Origin: Octopus vulgaris
Taxonomy: Eukaryota
Assembly: GCA_951406725.2 (NCBI GenBank)
Contig: OX597822.1
Span: forward strand, 63,798,001-63,862,000
DNA: 64,000 bases
Reading direction: 5' to 3'
The notes beneath the pieces were generated by a model that saw nothing but the letters and a program-made list of their open reading frames with translations, was not told where the DNA came from and made no database searches. The translations under genes and the position numbers were made by a program. Shown in pieces: positions 26,585 through 39,455 of the stretch. The number at the start of each line of letters is the position of its first letter. Within the stretch, counting starts at the first letter, position 1.

Positions 26585-29390
26585 ATGTAGAATAATATCC
26601 TTTCTAACTTTGATACAGAGCCAGCAATTATAAGGGGAGAAGGAAGTCAATCACATAAACTCCGCTGCTCATCTGGTACTTATTCTGTTGATCCTGAAAG
26701 GATGACAGGCAAAGTCCACCTTAGCAGTATTTGAACTCTGAACATCAAGAACCTGCTGGCACAGAAGCAATTCTGCCAGCTTGCCTCCCTTTATTTTACC
26801 AATAATATGAAATCTGTGAAACATTGAAGAAGAGAATATTTCAATCTGTGTTTGTCCCTCTCCACCACTTGACAATCGGTGTTGGTATGTTTATATCTCC
26901 GTAACTTAGCAGTTCAGCAAAAAAGATCTCTCTCACACACACACACACATGTGTGTATGTATATATACATATATCTTTGCATATGTGTGTCTCTTTGTGT
27001 TTGTACACCATTGCCACTTGACAACTGGTGTTGGTTTGTTTTTGTTCATGTAACTTAGTGGTTCAGCTAGAGAGAATAACAGAATAAGTACCAAACTTAA
27101 GGGCCGATTTTCACCAAATCTTTCTAGGCTGTGCCATAGCATGGTGCCAGCCCAGTGATTGAAACAAGGTAAAAAATATATAATCACACATACACACAAA
27201 ACACATATGATATGTGGGAACACGTGGAATAAAGTACCTTACTTGCAAATCAGGTAAGGGTTAGTGTGAGGAAGGGCATCCAGCCATAGAGTACTGTCTC
27301 CTGCTCAAGAACTCTAAACCAACTCATACCAGAATGGAAAAACTAGATGTAAAAGCTAAAACCATGAGACATGTTTCATACTTGTTGGAAATTTTTTTAT
27401 TCCTCATAGTTTATCACCATTATTACCACCGTCATGTTACAAAAGAATTGGTCTTTGGATATGTTTGTATCATTCCTGGTAATAATGTCTTAATTTGACC
27501 TGCTGACCTTTAAATGTGATTACCCTTTGTCCACTAAAAATGGAGGTCCTTGTGTTTTTTTCCTTTTTAATTAATCTTTAGCAAGATTAGGCGCATCATG
27601 TCACCATACAAGTTTTCTCCCCTGTACCTCCAGCTACATTGTATGGCATTAAGAGGGGAGAAAACTTATATGGTGACATGATGTGCCTAAAATGCGCTAA
27701 AATAAGCAACAATCTAAATAACAAAAAGACATTACAAGTGAGAAGTGTGGTCTCAACCATTATTATCATTTAACATTTTTTTTAAACAGCAGGGACTCAT
27801 TTGAGAGTGAATTTGACTGCTATTTCTAGCAGATCAAATGACTCCATATAAGCGCTGTTCAGCTCAGAGAGTATCTTACATAATGAAGTCATAGACATAT
27901 CAACTACGAGAAGGTATGGCCATGTGGTCTGCTTCACAACTATGTGATTTTGACATCTGTCCTTCAGCACAAAACCTTGGGCAGATGTCTTCTACCATTT
28001 CCTTGAGATGACAGAAATCTTGTGAGTGAATACTTGGTAGACAGAGATTTTGTGGAAGGCCATTCAAGGACACTTGTTCCTGATTGGTAGATGCAATCCT
28101 TTGCCATTACCTGGTCACTTGGCCCTTGGTGCTTTTAACAGAACCCATTCTGCTGCAAGCATTCACGACACATCTCTAATCTTAAGGTGAAACAAATAAA
28201 GCTATTCTCTTCCACCCACCAGTCACAGAGGTCATGAAAGAAGGTAATAAGAACTGACCTTTTGATTCTTAGTCATAAAAAAAAAAATGAAAATGAAAAC
28301 TTTAAAGGGTACAAGAAAATAAATAAAAAATATCATTACTGTTGCTATAGGTGATGAATATTTTTGTGTTCGAATCATGGCAGGAAATTTTTTTTAGTTT
28401 AACTATTTTAACTGGTTTCACTTTTGAATTTCAAATTGCTAAAATTCTGAGACCTGAATTTAACATTTCGATTTGAACTTATGTTGAAATAATCAAAATT
28501 ATCAGAAAAAAAAAAAAAAAATTGAATTTTAATATTTGTATTGAATTCCAACTGAAACTTAAATTTCAGTGTCTGTTAAAAGATTTTTTTTCCAATCAAA
28601 TTTCATTCAGAGTTAAATTCTATCAATATGACAAAAAACCCAAAAAACCCCCATCAAATTACGATGCTTATATATGTTAACCTATTTCATTTGAAGTCTA
28701 CTCAAAAATACCCACACTTTATCTGTTCACCAACTTCAATAAAAGCTATTGCTAGATTTTACTTCTTTAACTTCACCATTTCATTTTACTTTGAAAATCT
28801 TGCTTCCCCCCCCCCATTTCCTTTAGCATATATTGGTGTTACATTTCTTTGAGAATGAGAACCCTAAGTTTAAACAAGAATATAATTAACTTTTATTTAA
28901 CAACTTGTAACCAAACATAAAGCCCCATGCTCTTCAGTCATTTAAGTAATCAAATAAATATACTTCAATATGATTTTTTTTCATGTTAGACTGGACTAGA
29001 TGGTTTGTAATTCTAAAATAGTAGGCATCATAAAAGTGAAAGTGAATCTTGATGCTTGGCTGACTCATGTAAAAAAGAGATGTCTGCGCTAAGAATTAAC
29101 TTAGTATGTAAAAGGATAGCATAGGATACTTGCAGCAGATTGTAATTTTCTTTATTGAAAAGTTAAAATTTAAATGAAGCACCCAGAATTAAGGAATAAA
29201 ATGTAGATATTAAAAGAAAACAAATGTGAATGAGTTGAAGTCATAAAGGATTTATGCTTAATTGTAGCTTTATAGTGTGAAATCAAAGAGAAATATAACT
29301 TCTCCCTGGATAGAATGCCAATACAGGGTAGGCAATATTCAGAGATTCTGTTATAGGTAACACATGTAGACAATCTCATACTCGACAATA

Positions 29391-29590
29391 TTTCCAGATG
29401 ATCTGATAGGTAAACTAATACATCCAGATCATCTGATACTTCACTTAACATTTCCAGATGATCCAAGAGTTAAGCAAACACATCAAGATGATTTGATATT
29501 TGACATAGCCTTTCCAAATGACCTAAGAGTTAAGCTAACACATTCAGATGGCCCGATAGTTCAGGTAACATTTCCCGATGCTCTGATACC
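29391..29590. repeat. Degenerate 30-bp minisatellite with 60-bp dimer structure
   Basis: Alternating tttccagatg / catccagatc-type starts every 30 bp. Confidence 0.8.
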
Positions 29591-32200
29591 TGTTGACAAC
29601 AGCTGTGTGAACTGAGACAATATAGAAAAAAGAGTTCCCTCTAGAAATACAATAAAATGCCTGCAGTGGATTTGATCTTATCATTCTCCGAACCAATATT
29701 CTATCCACTCAACTATCTTTTCTTGTAAACAGCCAATAACAAATCTTGATTAACGTGAAATTAGTTCTCATTGGCTAGTTGCAATTTGTATCAAATTAGT
29801 TAAAGGAGAAGGGCAGTGCTTGTGACTTGTGCCGATTTTCTGAGACTGACAGGATTGATGAGACTGATGGTTAATGAGAACATCAGTGAGTTCAGAGTGC
29901 TGCTTCTTAAGTGTTATTGTTCAATACCTTTCACTAAACAGTCAGTTACAAATTAACCATTCAATAATATAAGAAATGGAGCGGGTGTTTGTGGATGAAA
30001 GATGTATATTGAGACATTTTACAGAAAACAGGTGTATATCTCCATAAAATAAAATTAAAAAGAAAAAAATTAAATTGAAGCAAACAGGTAAAATGTCATG
30101 TTGGCTAATATATAACATTGTGCAGTACTGGAGACTTGAGCACAAAATGTATCTATTTTTTTTTCTTTATCTTGGCAATGTTAATTAACATAAGTAAGGT
30201 GGGTATAGTGAAATGAAGGGTTAAAAAATATCAACTCAGAATAGTTAATACCTATAATCAAGTCTGGGAGAAAAGCTCAAAGACAAAAGCCTTTATTTAG
30301 ATCACCTCAACCTGCCATGTACCCTGAGCTGAAGATTATCTGATTTTTTTTTTTTAAACAACAATGGCAACCTATCTTAGAGGATATTTTACAAAGGGTT
30401 GGAAAGAAATATAATTCTTCTAAAATGATTATTGAAATTAGATTAAAACGAAGCAAATTAGAGTTGGTAAAAGGTGTTAGTAATATAGCTTGCTGTTAGT
30501 ACTTAGTAGAAGGCAATCATTGTTAGCAAATGCTTATTGGTTATATTATCTGCTATATAAGCTCTGCATTTATGAGAAAGCCAAGGACATACAAAATGCA
30601 AGGCTGATTTAGTATATGTACACAATACCTGACTAGCCCTTGCCAATAAGAAAGTATTATTATTATTATTATCATTATAAGATACTTTCAAGATGCAGCA
30701 GATAGTAACATAATATGTGGGGAGATAACCTGAAGACTGTTAGAATTACAAGAACTGAATTATTGGTAATCCAGTCTATTAGCACTGTATTATGTGTATA
30801 AAACAAGTAGCTTTACTTCATATGGGAAAAGTGTACCTAAGTTCAAAAAGTTCTAATTAAAGAACGTAAGAGTGTTTTATCACTTGGATTGTAATTACAA
30901 ACATGCTATAATTTTCAGTAGGTTTAAATGGTAAGGCTGTATATTGGAAGCTGCAATGCAATTCTTGTGTCTCCTGCATCTCACTCCAAGTTGGCCCCTA
31001 CTCTCAGTTCCAAGCACCTTCTATACCTTTTCTCTACTGAAGAGTGGCATAGATAGCTAGGCAACTGATACTAGAGTTATTTCCCCTGATTCCAAGTTTG
31101 GAGAGATATATATGCTCTGTCATGTGAATTGCTCTAGAAATATCACATGATTACTTCATAAGTTTTTTTTCCCCAAAACTAAGTTAAGGAGGAAATGGCT
31201 AGTGTTTAAAACCCTTAACTTTTTCAAAGTTTCTGAAACTGGTGGGAAAGGAAGTTACCCTCAAACTAGAGAGCTGCTCTGAATTCTTACAACAGAGTGA
31301 ACTCCGCAAAGGGAACATCAAGGACCAGGGTAGATGTGTTAAACAGAGCATATGAAGTGTCCCTGCCTAAAACTCAGAAGTAAAGAGTAGGAACTCATAT
31401 CATAAGACCCTGTCTGATGCTCAAACAATTCCACCAATTCTGCTAAAAGTACATAACTCAAGTCAACCCTGATCAAAAGGAACTAGGATTAAAGATATTC
31501 CTACCATGACTATCCCTCCATTTTCTTTCTGATCATTTCATTTTTTTAGCATTTGCAAAACTACATTATCTACTGTGTTCATTTATCCTGCTTTAAAGAT
31601 AGCAAGGTGTGACTAAATGGAGAGTTAACTGCTATTTCTAGCATATATAAAGTAATCAGAATGGGAGTTGGACAGTGCCCATGACTAAGTTAAAAACCTT
31701 TCTAAATTCACAAAATAGATGTAACCTATGTTCACCTGACCACCTTAAACATCTGTAGGAAAAACATGGACAGCAATTATAGAAGGGGTTTGATTTGAAA
31801 TATTTGCGACCCATTAAATTCTAGATGGTGGTGGAGTTAAACAACATGGTGGACACAAGCTATGCCCAACCTGCCAACCACAAAATAACTAACTGTAAAT
31901 AAGTGCATGTGCAAAATAATAATAATAATAAAAAACAAACCTATTACTTATTGTAGTCATGTTGACAGCAGTATCTCAGTCTAGTGCTTATTTTATTTAT
32001 CTCTGTCTGTTGAACTGCTAAGTTATATATCATCATCATCATCATCATCTTCATTTAATGTCCACGTACTATGCTGACATGGGTTGGATGGTTTGACAGG
32101 ATCTGATATGTTCAAGGACTGCATTATGCTCCAAGGTCTACTTTGGCATGATTTCTACAGCTAGAGATCCTTCCTAATACCAATACCAACACATTTTCAA

Positions 32201-32236
<36 letters not shown>

Positions 32237-32609
32237 CATGTATTATATATTGTGAAATTTGATTTAGTATTACTAAATTTAATTTTTCCCTGTAAGTTTG
32301 GAATCATATTCCCTATTATTATTATTATTATTATATTCTCTAACAGCTGTAAGAGAATATGTTGGATTTTTGTAGATAATAAATTATATTAATGCCACAT
32401 CTCCATCTTGTAAATTTTCTTTTGAATATTTATAAACCGAGAATTTAGACCTATTATTTTATGAATATTATTATTCATAAAAAAAAACTAGGTAATGAAC
32501 CAGTAATTCACTGGATATTACTATCCCTTAATGAGGCTATTTTAACCTCTGATTGAAAAAAAAATAAAAATATATATATATATATATATATAGATAGATA
32601 GATAGATAG

Positions 32610-32665
<56 letters not shown>

Positions 32666-34529
32666 CTAATGGGCTTCTGCTGTTTCCAGCTACCAAATTA
32701 TTGCACTTAAAGAACTGGCCAACACAAAGCTACAAATTTCATAGTGAAATTAAACCTGGAGTTCTGTGGCATGCCTAACGATAAATAGATCTTAAATTGA
32801 AGGATTATCTGCAATTGTTACTCGCAATACTGCAGATTTCAATTATTCAATACATCACCAGAGGTTTCAAACACCAGCCCAACCCAACCCCAAGAAAATT
32901 TTTGTTAGAACAAGAATTAATACTCTATTCAAAAAATAAATGTTGATTAAAACCAGAACTGATGTGTCATCAGCATCAGTTAACATTTGTCTTCCACACT
33001 AGCATGGGTTAGACTCTTGACAGGATCCAGTGAATTGGAGGAGTGCATCCTGTTTCTAAAACCACTTTACAAAATGTACTGAGTGTTTAATTTGTGGCAC
33101 CAACACTAGTGAGGTTGCCATGTAACTTGCAAGGTTAAGACACCGTTCTGTTGAGTGGGACTTCAGTCAAGAAGGAGGTTGTTTTAAGTTACTTGTTGAG
33201 AGGTTAAAGTATGAAAGTAAGGGAAGGAACAGTTCCTTTTCCTGTAGAGGAGGCAATACATGTATGCTAGAAATGATAAGAAAATGTTTGGTAAGGATGA
33301 GCACTAACATATTAAATATAATGAAGAAATTTTAAAGAATTGAAATTGCTTCCATGATATGGAAAGGTTTATAATCTTAATGCTCTGAACAAATAAACGG
33401 GGTGACAAATGTATATGGCCTTATTTGGTGTTAGTAACCTAAAATGTTGAAAACTAATTTAGTAAACACTAAACATTAAAGCAATTTCTAAGCAAGATTA
33501 TAGAATCAGACGGGTTTAAATATATTTTTTTCTTTAAAATTTAATTTACATTACAAGTCTCTCACCTCGAGTGTTTTGTTGAGGAACAGCTCTTACTTGC
33601 AGGCCTGTGGAAGTGTTAACACAAGAAACAATATTATATATACCAAAGACCTGACAATTCACAATATCATAATAATCATAATAATTTTAATTTCTCACAT
33701 AGGCACAAGGCCACAAATTTTTGAAGAGAATAGGTTAATCAAAGCAACCTTAGTACCAGAGTCTTTGAACTAACCTGTGCTATATTCCTAGAAATACCCT
33801 CTGTTAATTCTCTTTTGAGCCTTTTAAAAAAATTCAAAACAAAACTATTCCTGCTAGAATGTCAATACAACAGTGAGAGAGAGAGAGGTAACAATTATCT
33901 TACAAAGGAAAAAAAAAGCACTAAATATCTACATCAATATAAGATTCATCATTTCCTTACAAATTGCCTAAATGTGTTTCTACTACTGTCTCTTTAGCAA
34001 AATTCTCTGAAGAGACAAAAGTTGAAACACACTGGCCAAGTTATAAAGAAAGCATTAAAATATACCTACTCATGTTTTTAGCAATGATTTCAACTTTAAT
34101 TGCAGATTTCTTCAATTGTAAGAGTGAGTTTATCTATATCTACCTATCTATAATATATGCATGAATGCTTGTTGAATGTACCAAATAAAGTAGTCAATAT
34201 CATCGTCATCATCATGATGTAAACATCCATCTTTCTGAGCTACCTTGGGTAGGTGTATGCCTGCCCCAACAGTATAGCTTCTATATTTAAGTGATAAGAA
34301 ACAATAAAAGATAATGCCCCTCCCCCAAGGGTTCATTTTTTGGATTCAAATTCTTTAATGTGAGATATAACACCCCCAAAGACAGTCAATGAGAAGAGAG
34401 GTATTCTTAGATGATAAAGGAACAAAAAAAAAAAAAAAACTTTCAAAACTAAGAAAAAATTTGAAAAAAAAATAAATGGTAGCAGTCTTTGGTCTTTGCC
34501 AGCAAATTTATCTTTATGTTCTTAATAAC

Positions 34530-34756
34530 TTAACCCTTTCATTACCAACCTGGCTGAAACTGGCTCTGGCTCTGAGTATAAATATCTTGTTTTCAAAAGT
34601 TTTGAACTAAAAACTTCCACCAAACCTTAGTCGCAATTTATGTTCTTAACACTAGCAAATGATAACTATGTTATTTTACTAAATTCTTTGTTATATTTAA
34701 AGTAATTGAAAGAAGCACAGAGCATCTCAAAATAAATACAGTAACGAAAGGGTTAA
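34530..34756. mobile_element. piggyBac-like MITE (second family)
   Basis: ttaaccctttcattacc...gtaacgaaagggttaa; sister copies 4805-5027, about 41940-42342, 45486 and 45706. Confidence 0.7.
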
Positions 34757-36712
34757 TAATCCTGCTATTAATTGGTATATGTATATTTTTTTTCTCCCAA
34801 AACAAACTGTTCAAAATGTTGAATTTTTCAATCTTCATTTTATTATGAATGAAACAGAATTAAAATGAGAATATGTGGAGCTGGTCTATTTTGTACAGAG
34901 AGAAAAAGAAAGTGGAATAAAGAATAGAAAAAAAAAAAAGCTGAAACAAGAAGTAACTCTAAAACTATAGACTACTATACATTATTTAATAATCTTTTTA
35001 AGCTCTAGATAAGAAATGAATTATAAGAGTAGAGAAGAATGTAAAGTTTCTTATGCAAATTATCTGGTATGAAATATAAGCATAAACAGGAAAATCAAAA
35101 CTAAGGGAGAAAAATAAAATTAAATAAATTCATGAATAAAAAATGGCAATGGCATTTAAAGAAAGCAAATAGTTTGGAAAGAAGATTTTCATGAATGATT
35201 ATGAAGAAATTAGAAAAGAAAAAAAATAATAAAAAAACATAGTGAGACATGGTTAATTTTTAAAGACAATATGAATGAACATAAAGAGAAACTAAATATA
35301 ACAGACAACTTTAAAGTATGAATGCGAAAAACAATGATGAATGAACAGGAGTTAATGTTGGTGTTAATGTAGTAAAAAAAAATGTGCTATGAAACAGCTG
35401 TAAGATGTGAAAGGTTAGTAATGAACAAGGTATGATTGAAGAGAGAGACAGACAGACAGAGTGTGTAAGAATCAGTGAGTTTTTGAAGCAAGTTATGATA
35501 CAGTGACTACATTTTAGTCAATAGCAACAAACTTAATCAAGCAGAAAGGTTGGTGATGACCTTCGTTTCATGTTTATTAAATATTAAGCTGTACAATAAA
35601 ATGTAAACAAAGCAAAGAGCCACAGAGCTTTGTAAACCTTTCTATTGTTCTATTTAATAATCTAAAGCAATTAGGATTAAATTCAGCTGGAATCAATGTT
35701 GCGAGATATTTAGTATCAAAGTTTATATTTTCTGTGGTACTTGCTCACATTTAAAGATAACACCTTTGTAATAGAAATGAAGAATTATATAAGTAAAAGA
35801 CTTTTAACCAAGTAATCATGATTTCTTCTGTATCAGTTAACATATTAAAAAAAATGCTTACACAAAAGTCTAATTGTTAATATTAGTAAACCACTACATG
35901 ACTGAGAAATAATGAAGGTCTTATTTTTCTGAATGTCCTTATATATCAATTAATATACGTTAGTTATGATGTCATAAATTTTTTAATGAAAAACTAAATA
36001 TTAGTTAGTTAATTAATAACATATATGCATAAATACACACATATGATCTAATATAATTTTTTTCTGATGCACTGCATTGATATAAAGCTACTTAATCTAG
36101 TAGTGTATAATATTATAATGCAGAGTTAAAAAATATAATACTAATAATATAGCAATTTATTTTATATCATTCTTAGATATAATATAGTACATTATGTAAC
36201 ATACTACCACATCAGAGATACATTAACTAATACTAAACATTATTAAATCTAGTTGAATGTTATAAATCCAGTAACGGACATTATCCAATGAATATAACTA
36301 TGAATAATTAATTATTAGATCAAAACTGATTAATCTACATCATGTGAATAACGAATAACAAATTGGACTCTATCTATCTATCTATGTATATATATATATA
36401 TATTTGTTATGTGTATATATATCTATCTATGTATATATATATATATTTGTTATGTGTGTGTATATATATATATAGCAATTAAGGACAACTACTTAATAAG
36501 GAAAACTTAACAAGAAATTGTCAGGTAGATAGCGTGAAAGACCTCATAAGAGAAAAAATTTCGAAAATAATTATTTCTTACTGAACATATTAATTTATAT
36601 ATATAGAGGGCATTATACATACATGCCAGAGGGCATTATACATACATGCCACACGTTGATCAGTTAGCTGATCGGCTTAAGCGAGGCAGGGTCGTTTATT
36701 TATGATACGTCC

Positions 36713-36760
36713 AGGCCTGCTGATGAATACGTAAGTATGAAATCACTGTGATACAGGTCT
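36713..36760 (+). ncRNA. Minimal type-I hammerhead ribozyme, copy 1
   Basis: aggcctg-CTGATGA-atac(gtaa)gtat-GAAA-tcactgtga-TA-caggtct: 7-bp stem I, 4-bp stem II with GNRA loop, complete core, stem III, AUA cleavage triplet. Confidence 0.88.
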
Positions 36761-37188
36761 ATTTTTTAAATGTCTTACTTTGAAAAATTGCACTCGGTGG
36801 GATTAGTAAAATTTTTGGTAGAAATGACTAATTGTCCCTCTTAGCGTGTGGCATGTATGTATAATGCCCTCTGGCATGTATGTATAATGCCCTCTATATA
36901 TATAAATTAATATGTTCAATAAGAAATAATTATTTTCGAAATTTTTTCTCTTATGAGGTCTTTCACGCTATCTACCTGACAATTTCTTGTTAAGTTTTCC
37001 TTATTAAGTAGTTGTCCTTAATTGCTAAATTTTTATTCCGAAAAACTTTTCCTTTCCCGAAATGCAATTCGTAAAAGTCTGCCATTTACCGGATGTAATA
37101 TATGTAAACTCACCCATGTGCTTCGTTGAGGTTGATCAGTTAGCTGATCGGCTTAAGCGAGGCAGGGTCGTTTATTTATGATACGTCC

Positions 37189-37236
37189 AGGCCTGCTGAT
37201 GAATACGTAAGTATGAAATCACTGTGATACAGGTCT
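37189..37236 (+). ncRNA. Minimal type-I hammerhead ribozyme, copy 2
   Basis: Same sequence as copy 1. Confidence 0.88.
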
Positions 37237-37665
37237 ATTTTTTAAATGTCTTACTTTGAAAAATTGCACTCGGTGGGACTAGTAAAATTTTTGGTAGAAA
37301 TGACTAATTGTCCCTCTTAGCGTGTGGCATGTATGTATAATGCCCTCTGGCATGTATGTATAATGCCCTCTATATATATAAATTAATATGTTCAATAAGA
37401 AATAATTATTTTCGAAATTTTTTCTCTTATGAGGTCTTTCACGCTATCTACCTGACAATTTCTTGTTAAGTTTTCCTTATTAAGTAGTTGTCCTTAATTG
37501 CTAAATTTTTATTCCGAAAAAACTTTTCCTTTCCCGAAATGCAATTCGTAAAAGTCTGCCATTTACCGGATGTAATATATGTAAACTCACCCATGTGCTT
37601 CGTTGAGGTTGATCAGTTAGCTGATCGGCTTAAGCGAGGCAGGGTCGTTTATTTATGATACGTCC

Positions 37666-37713
37666 AGGCCTGCTGATGAATACGTAAGTATGAAATCACT
37701 GTGATACAGGTCT
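37666..37713 (+). ncRNA. Minimal type-I hammerhead ribozyme, copy 3
   Basis: Same sequence as copy 1. Confidence 0.88.
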
Positions 37714-38142
37714 ATTTTTTAAATGTCTTACTTTGAAAAATTGCACTCGGTGGGATTAGTAAAATTTTTGGTAGAAATGACTAATTGTCCCTCTTAGCGT
37801 GTGGCATGTATGTATAATGCCCTCTGGCATGTATGTATAATGCCCTCTATATATATAAATTAATATGTTCAATAAGAAATAATTATTTTCGAAATTTTTT
37901 CTCTTATGAGGTCTTTCACGCTATCTACCTGACAATTTCTTGTTAAGTTTTCCTTATTAAGTAGTTGTCCTTAATTGCTAAATTTTTATTCCGAAAAAAC
38001 TTTTCCTTTCCCGAAATGCAATTCGTAAAAGTCTGCCATTTACCGGATGTAATATATGTAAACTCACCCATGTGCTTCGTTGAGGTTGATCAGTTAGCTG
38101 ATCGGCTTAAGCGAGGCAGGGTCATTTATTTATGATACGTTC

Positions 38143-38190
38143 AGGCCTGCTGATGAATACGTAAGTATGAAATCACTGTGATACAGGTCT
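38143..38190 (+). ncRNA. Minimal type-I hammerhead ribozyme, copy 4
   Basis: Same sequence as copy 1. Confidence 0.88.
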
Positions 38191-38297
38191 ATTTTTAAAT
38201 GTCTTACTTTGAAAAATTGCACTCGGTGGGATTAGTAAAATTTTTGGTAGAAATGACTAATTGTCCCTCTTAGCGTGTGGCATGTATGTATAATGCC

Positions 38298-38342
<45 letters not shown>

Positions 38343-39054
38343 ACAAATAAGGTTAATGCTATAATTAAAGTAGTCTGTTAACCATTTTAATTGGTTTCAA
38401 AACAAACAGAACTTAGTGTTGAAGAATTTTAGTTCTGATTGTGGCATTCAGAACCAAATAATAGAACCAAAAATCTGTGTAAGTATATATATGTGTGTAT
38501 ATATATATGTATGTACATATGTATGCATGCATGTAGGTGAAAACTCAACTTTTGTTTTAAAGATCAATTGTTAGTTTTTATGGAGAGGGGGAGCAGGATT
38601 CAAAGCAGAAAAAAAAAATTGTTTCAATAATACATACATGAATACACACTTGTATGTGCAAGTGTGTGTGCGTATATATATATATATATATATATATTTG
38701 AACACACACACACTCACACACACGCACACACACTCACACACACAAACATGCCCAAGCACATCCGATTTTAAACACACACACACACACACATCATATATAC
38801 GATTTTCAAATATTTAAACAAATAGGAATTTTCAATTATACACCTTATTTGGCAAATAGTACAAATGAAAATAGTTTTGTTGGTGACTAAAGATTTGAGA
38901 CACTAATAAATGAATTTGTTAGACTTCATCCTGGCAAAAGGACAAAAGCCATAGTTGAATTTAATTGCCTAAAACAAAATGGTTTATAGTTTAGAAATAG
39001 GTAAGACAGCACCAGAATGAAGAGAATAATGTAAAAGTATTATTTTGATATAGG

Positions 39055-39455
39055 CCAAGGAGTGGCTGTGTGGTAAGTAGCTTGCTTACCAACCACATGG
39101 TTCCAGGTTCAGTCCCACTGCAAGGCACCTTGGGCAAGTGTCTTCGACTATAGCCTCAGGCTGACCAAAGTCTTGTGAGTGGATTTGGTAGACGGAAACT
39201 GAAAGAAGTCCGTTGTATATATGTGTATATATATATATATGTATGTGTGTGTATAAGTTTGTGTATCTGTGTTTGTCCTCCCAACATCGCTTGACAACCG
39301 ATGCTAGTGTGTTTACATTCCCGTAACCTAGCGGTTCAGCAAAAGAGACCGATAGAATAAGTACTAGGCTTACAAAGAATAAGCCCTGGGGTCGATTTGC
39401 TCAACTAAAGGCGGTGCTCCAGCATGGCCGCAGTCAAATGACTGAAACAAGTAAA
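39055..39455 (+). mobile_element. tRNA-derived SINE, family A (near full length)
   Basis: A-box-like tggctgtgtgg, B-box-like ggttcagtccc, internal (TA/TG)n, tail gactgaaacaagtaaaag; many copies in the window. Confidence 0.85.

Larger units (their letters stand above)
36473..38300 (+). mobile_element. Penelope-like pLTR / retrozyme-like tandem array (about 3.45 x 476-477 bp) with inverted 5' duplication
   Basis: Unit start gttgatcagttagctg at 36655, 37131, 37608, 38085; 36473-36655 is the reverse complement of 36845-37027; (TA)n on both sides; one hammerhead motif per unit. Confidence 0.85.

Noticed and set aside
36655-38300. CRISPR-like or plain satellite interpretation of the tandem array
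   Set aside because: Units are wholly identical with no unique spacers, the context is eukaryotic, and the hammerhead plus inversion fit a retroelement better.
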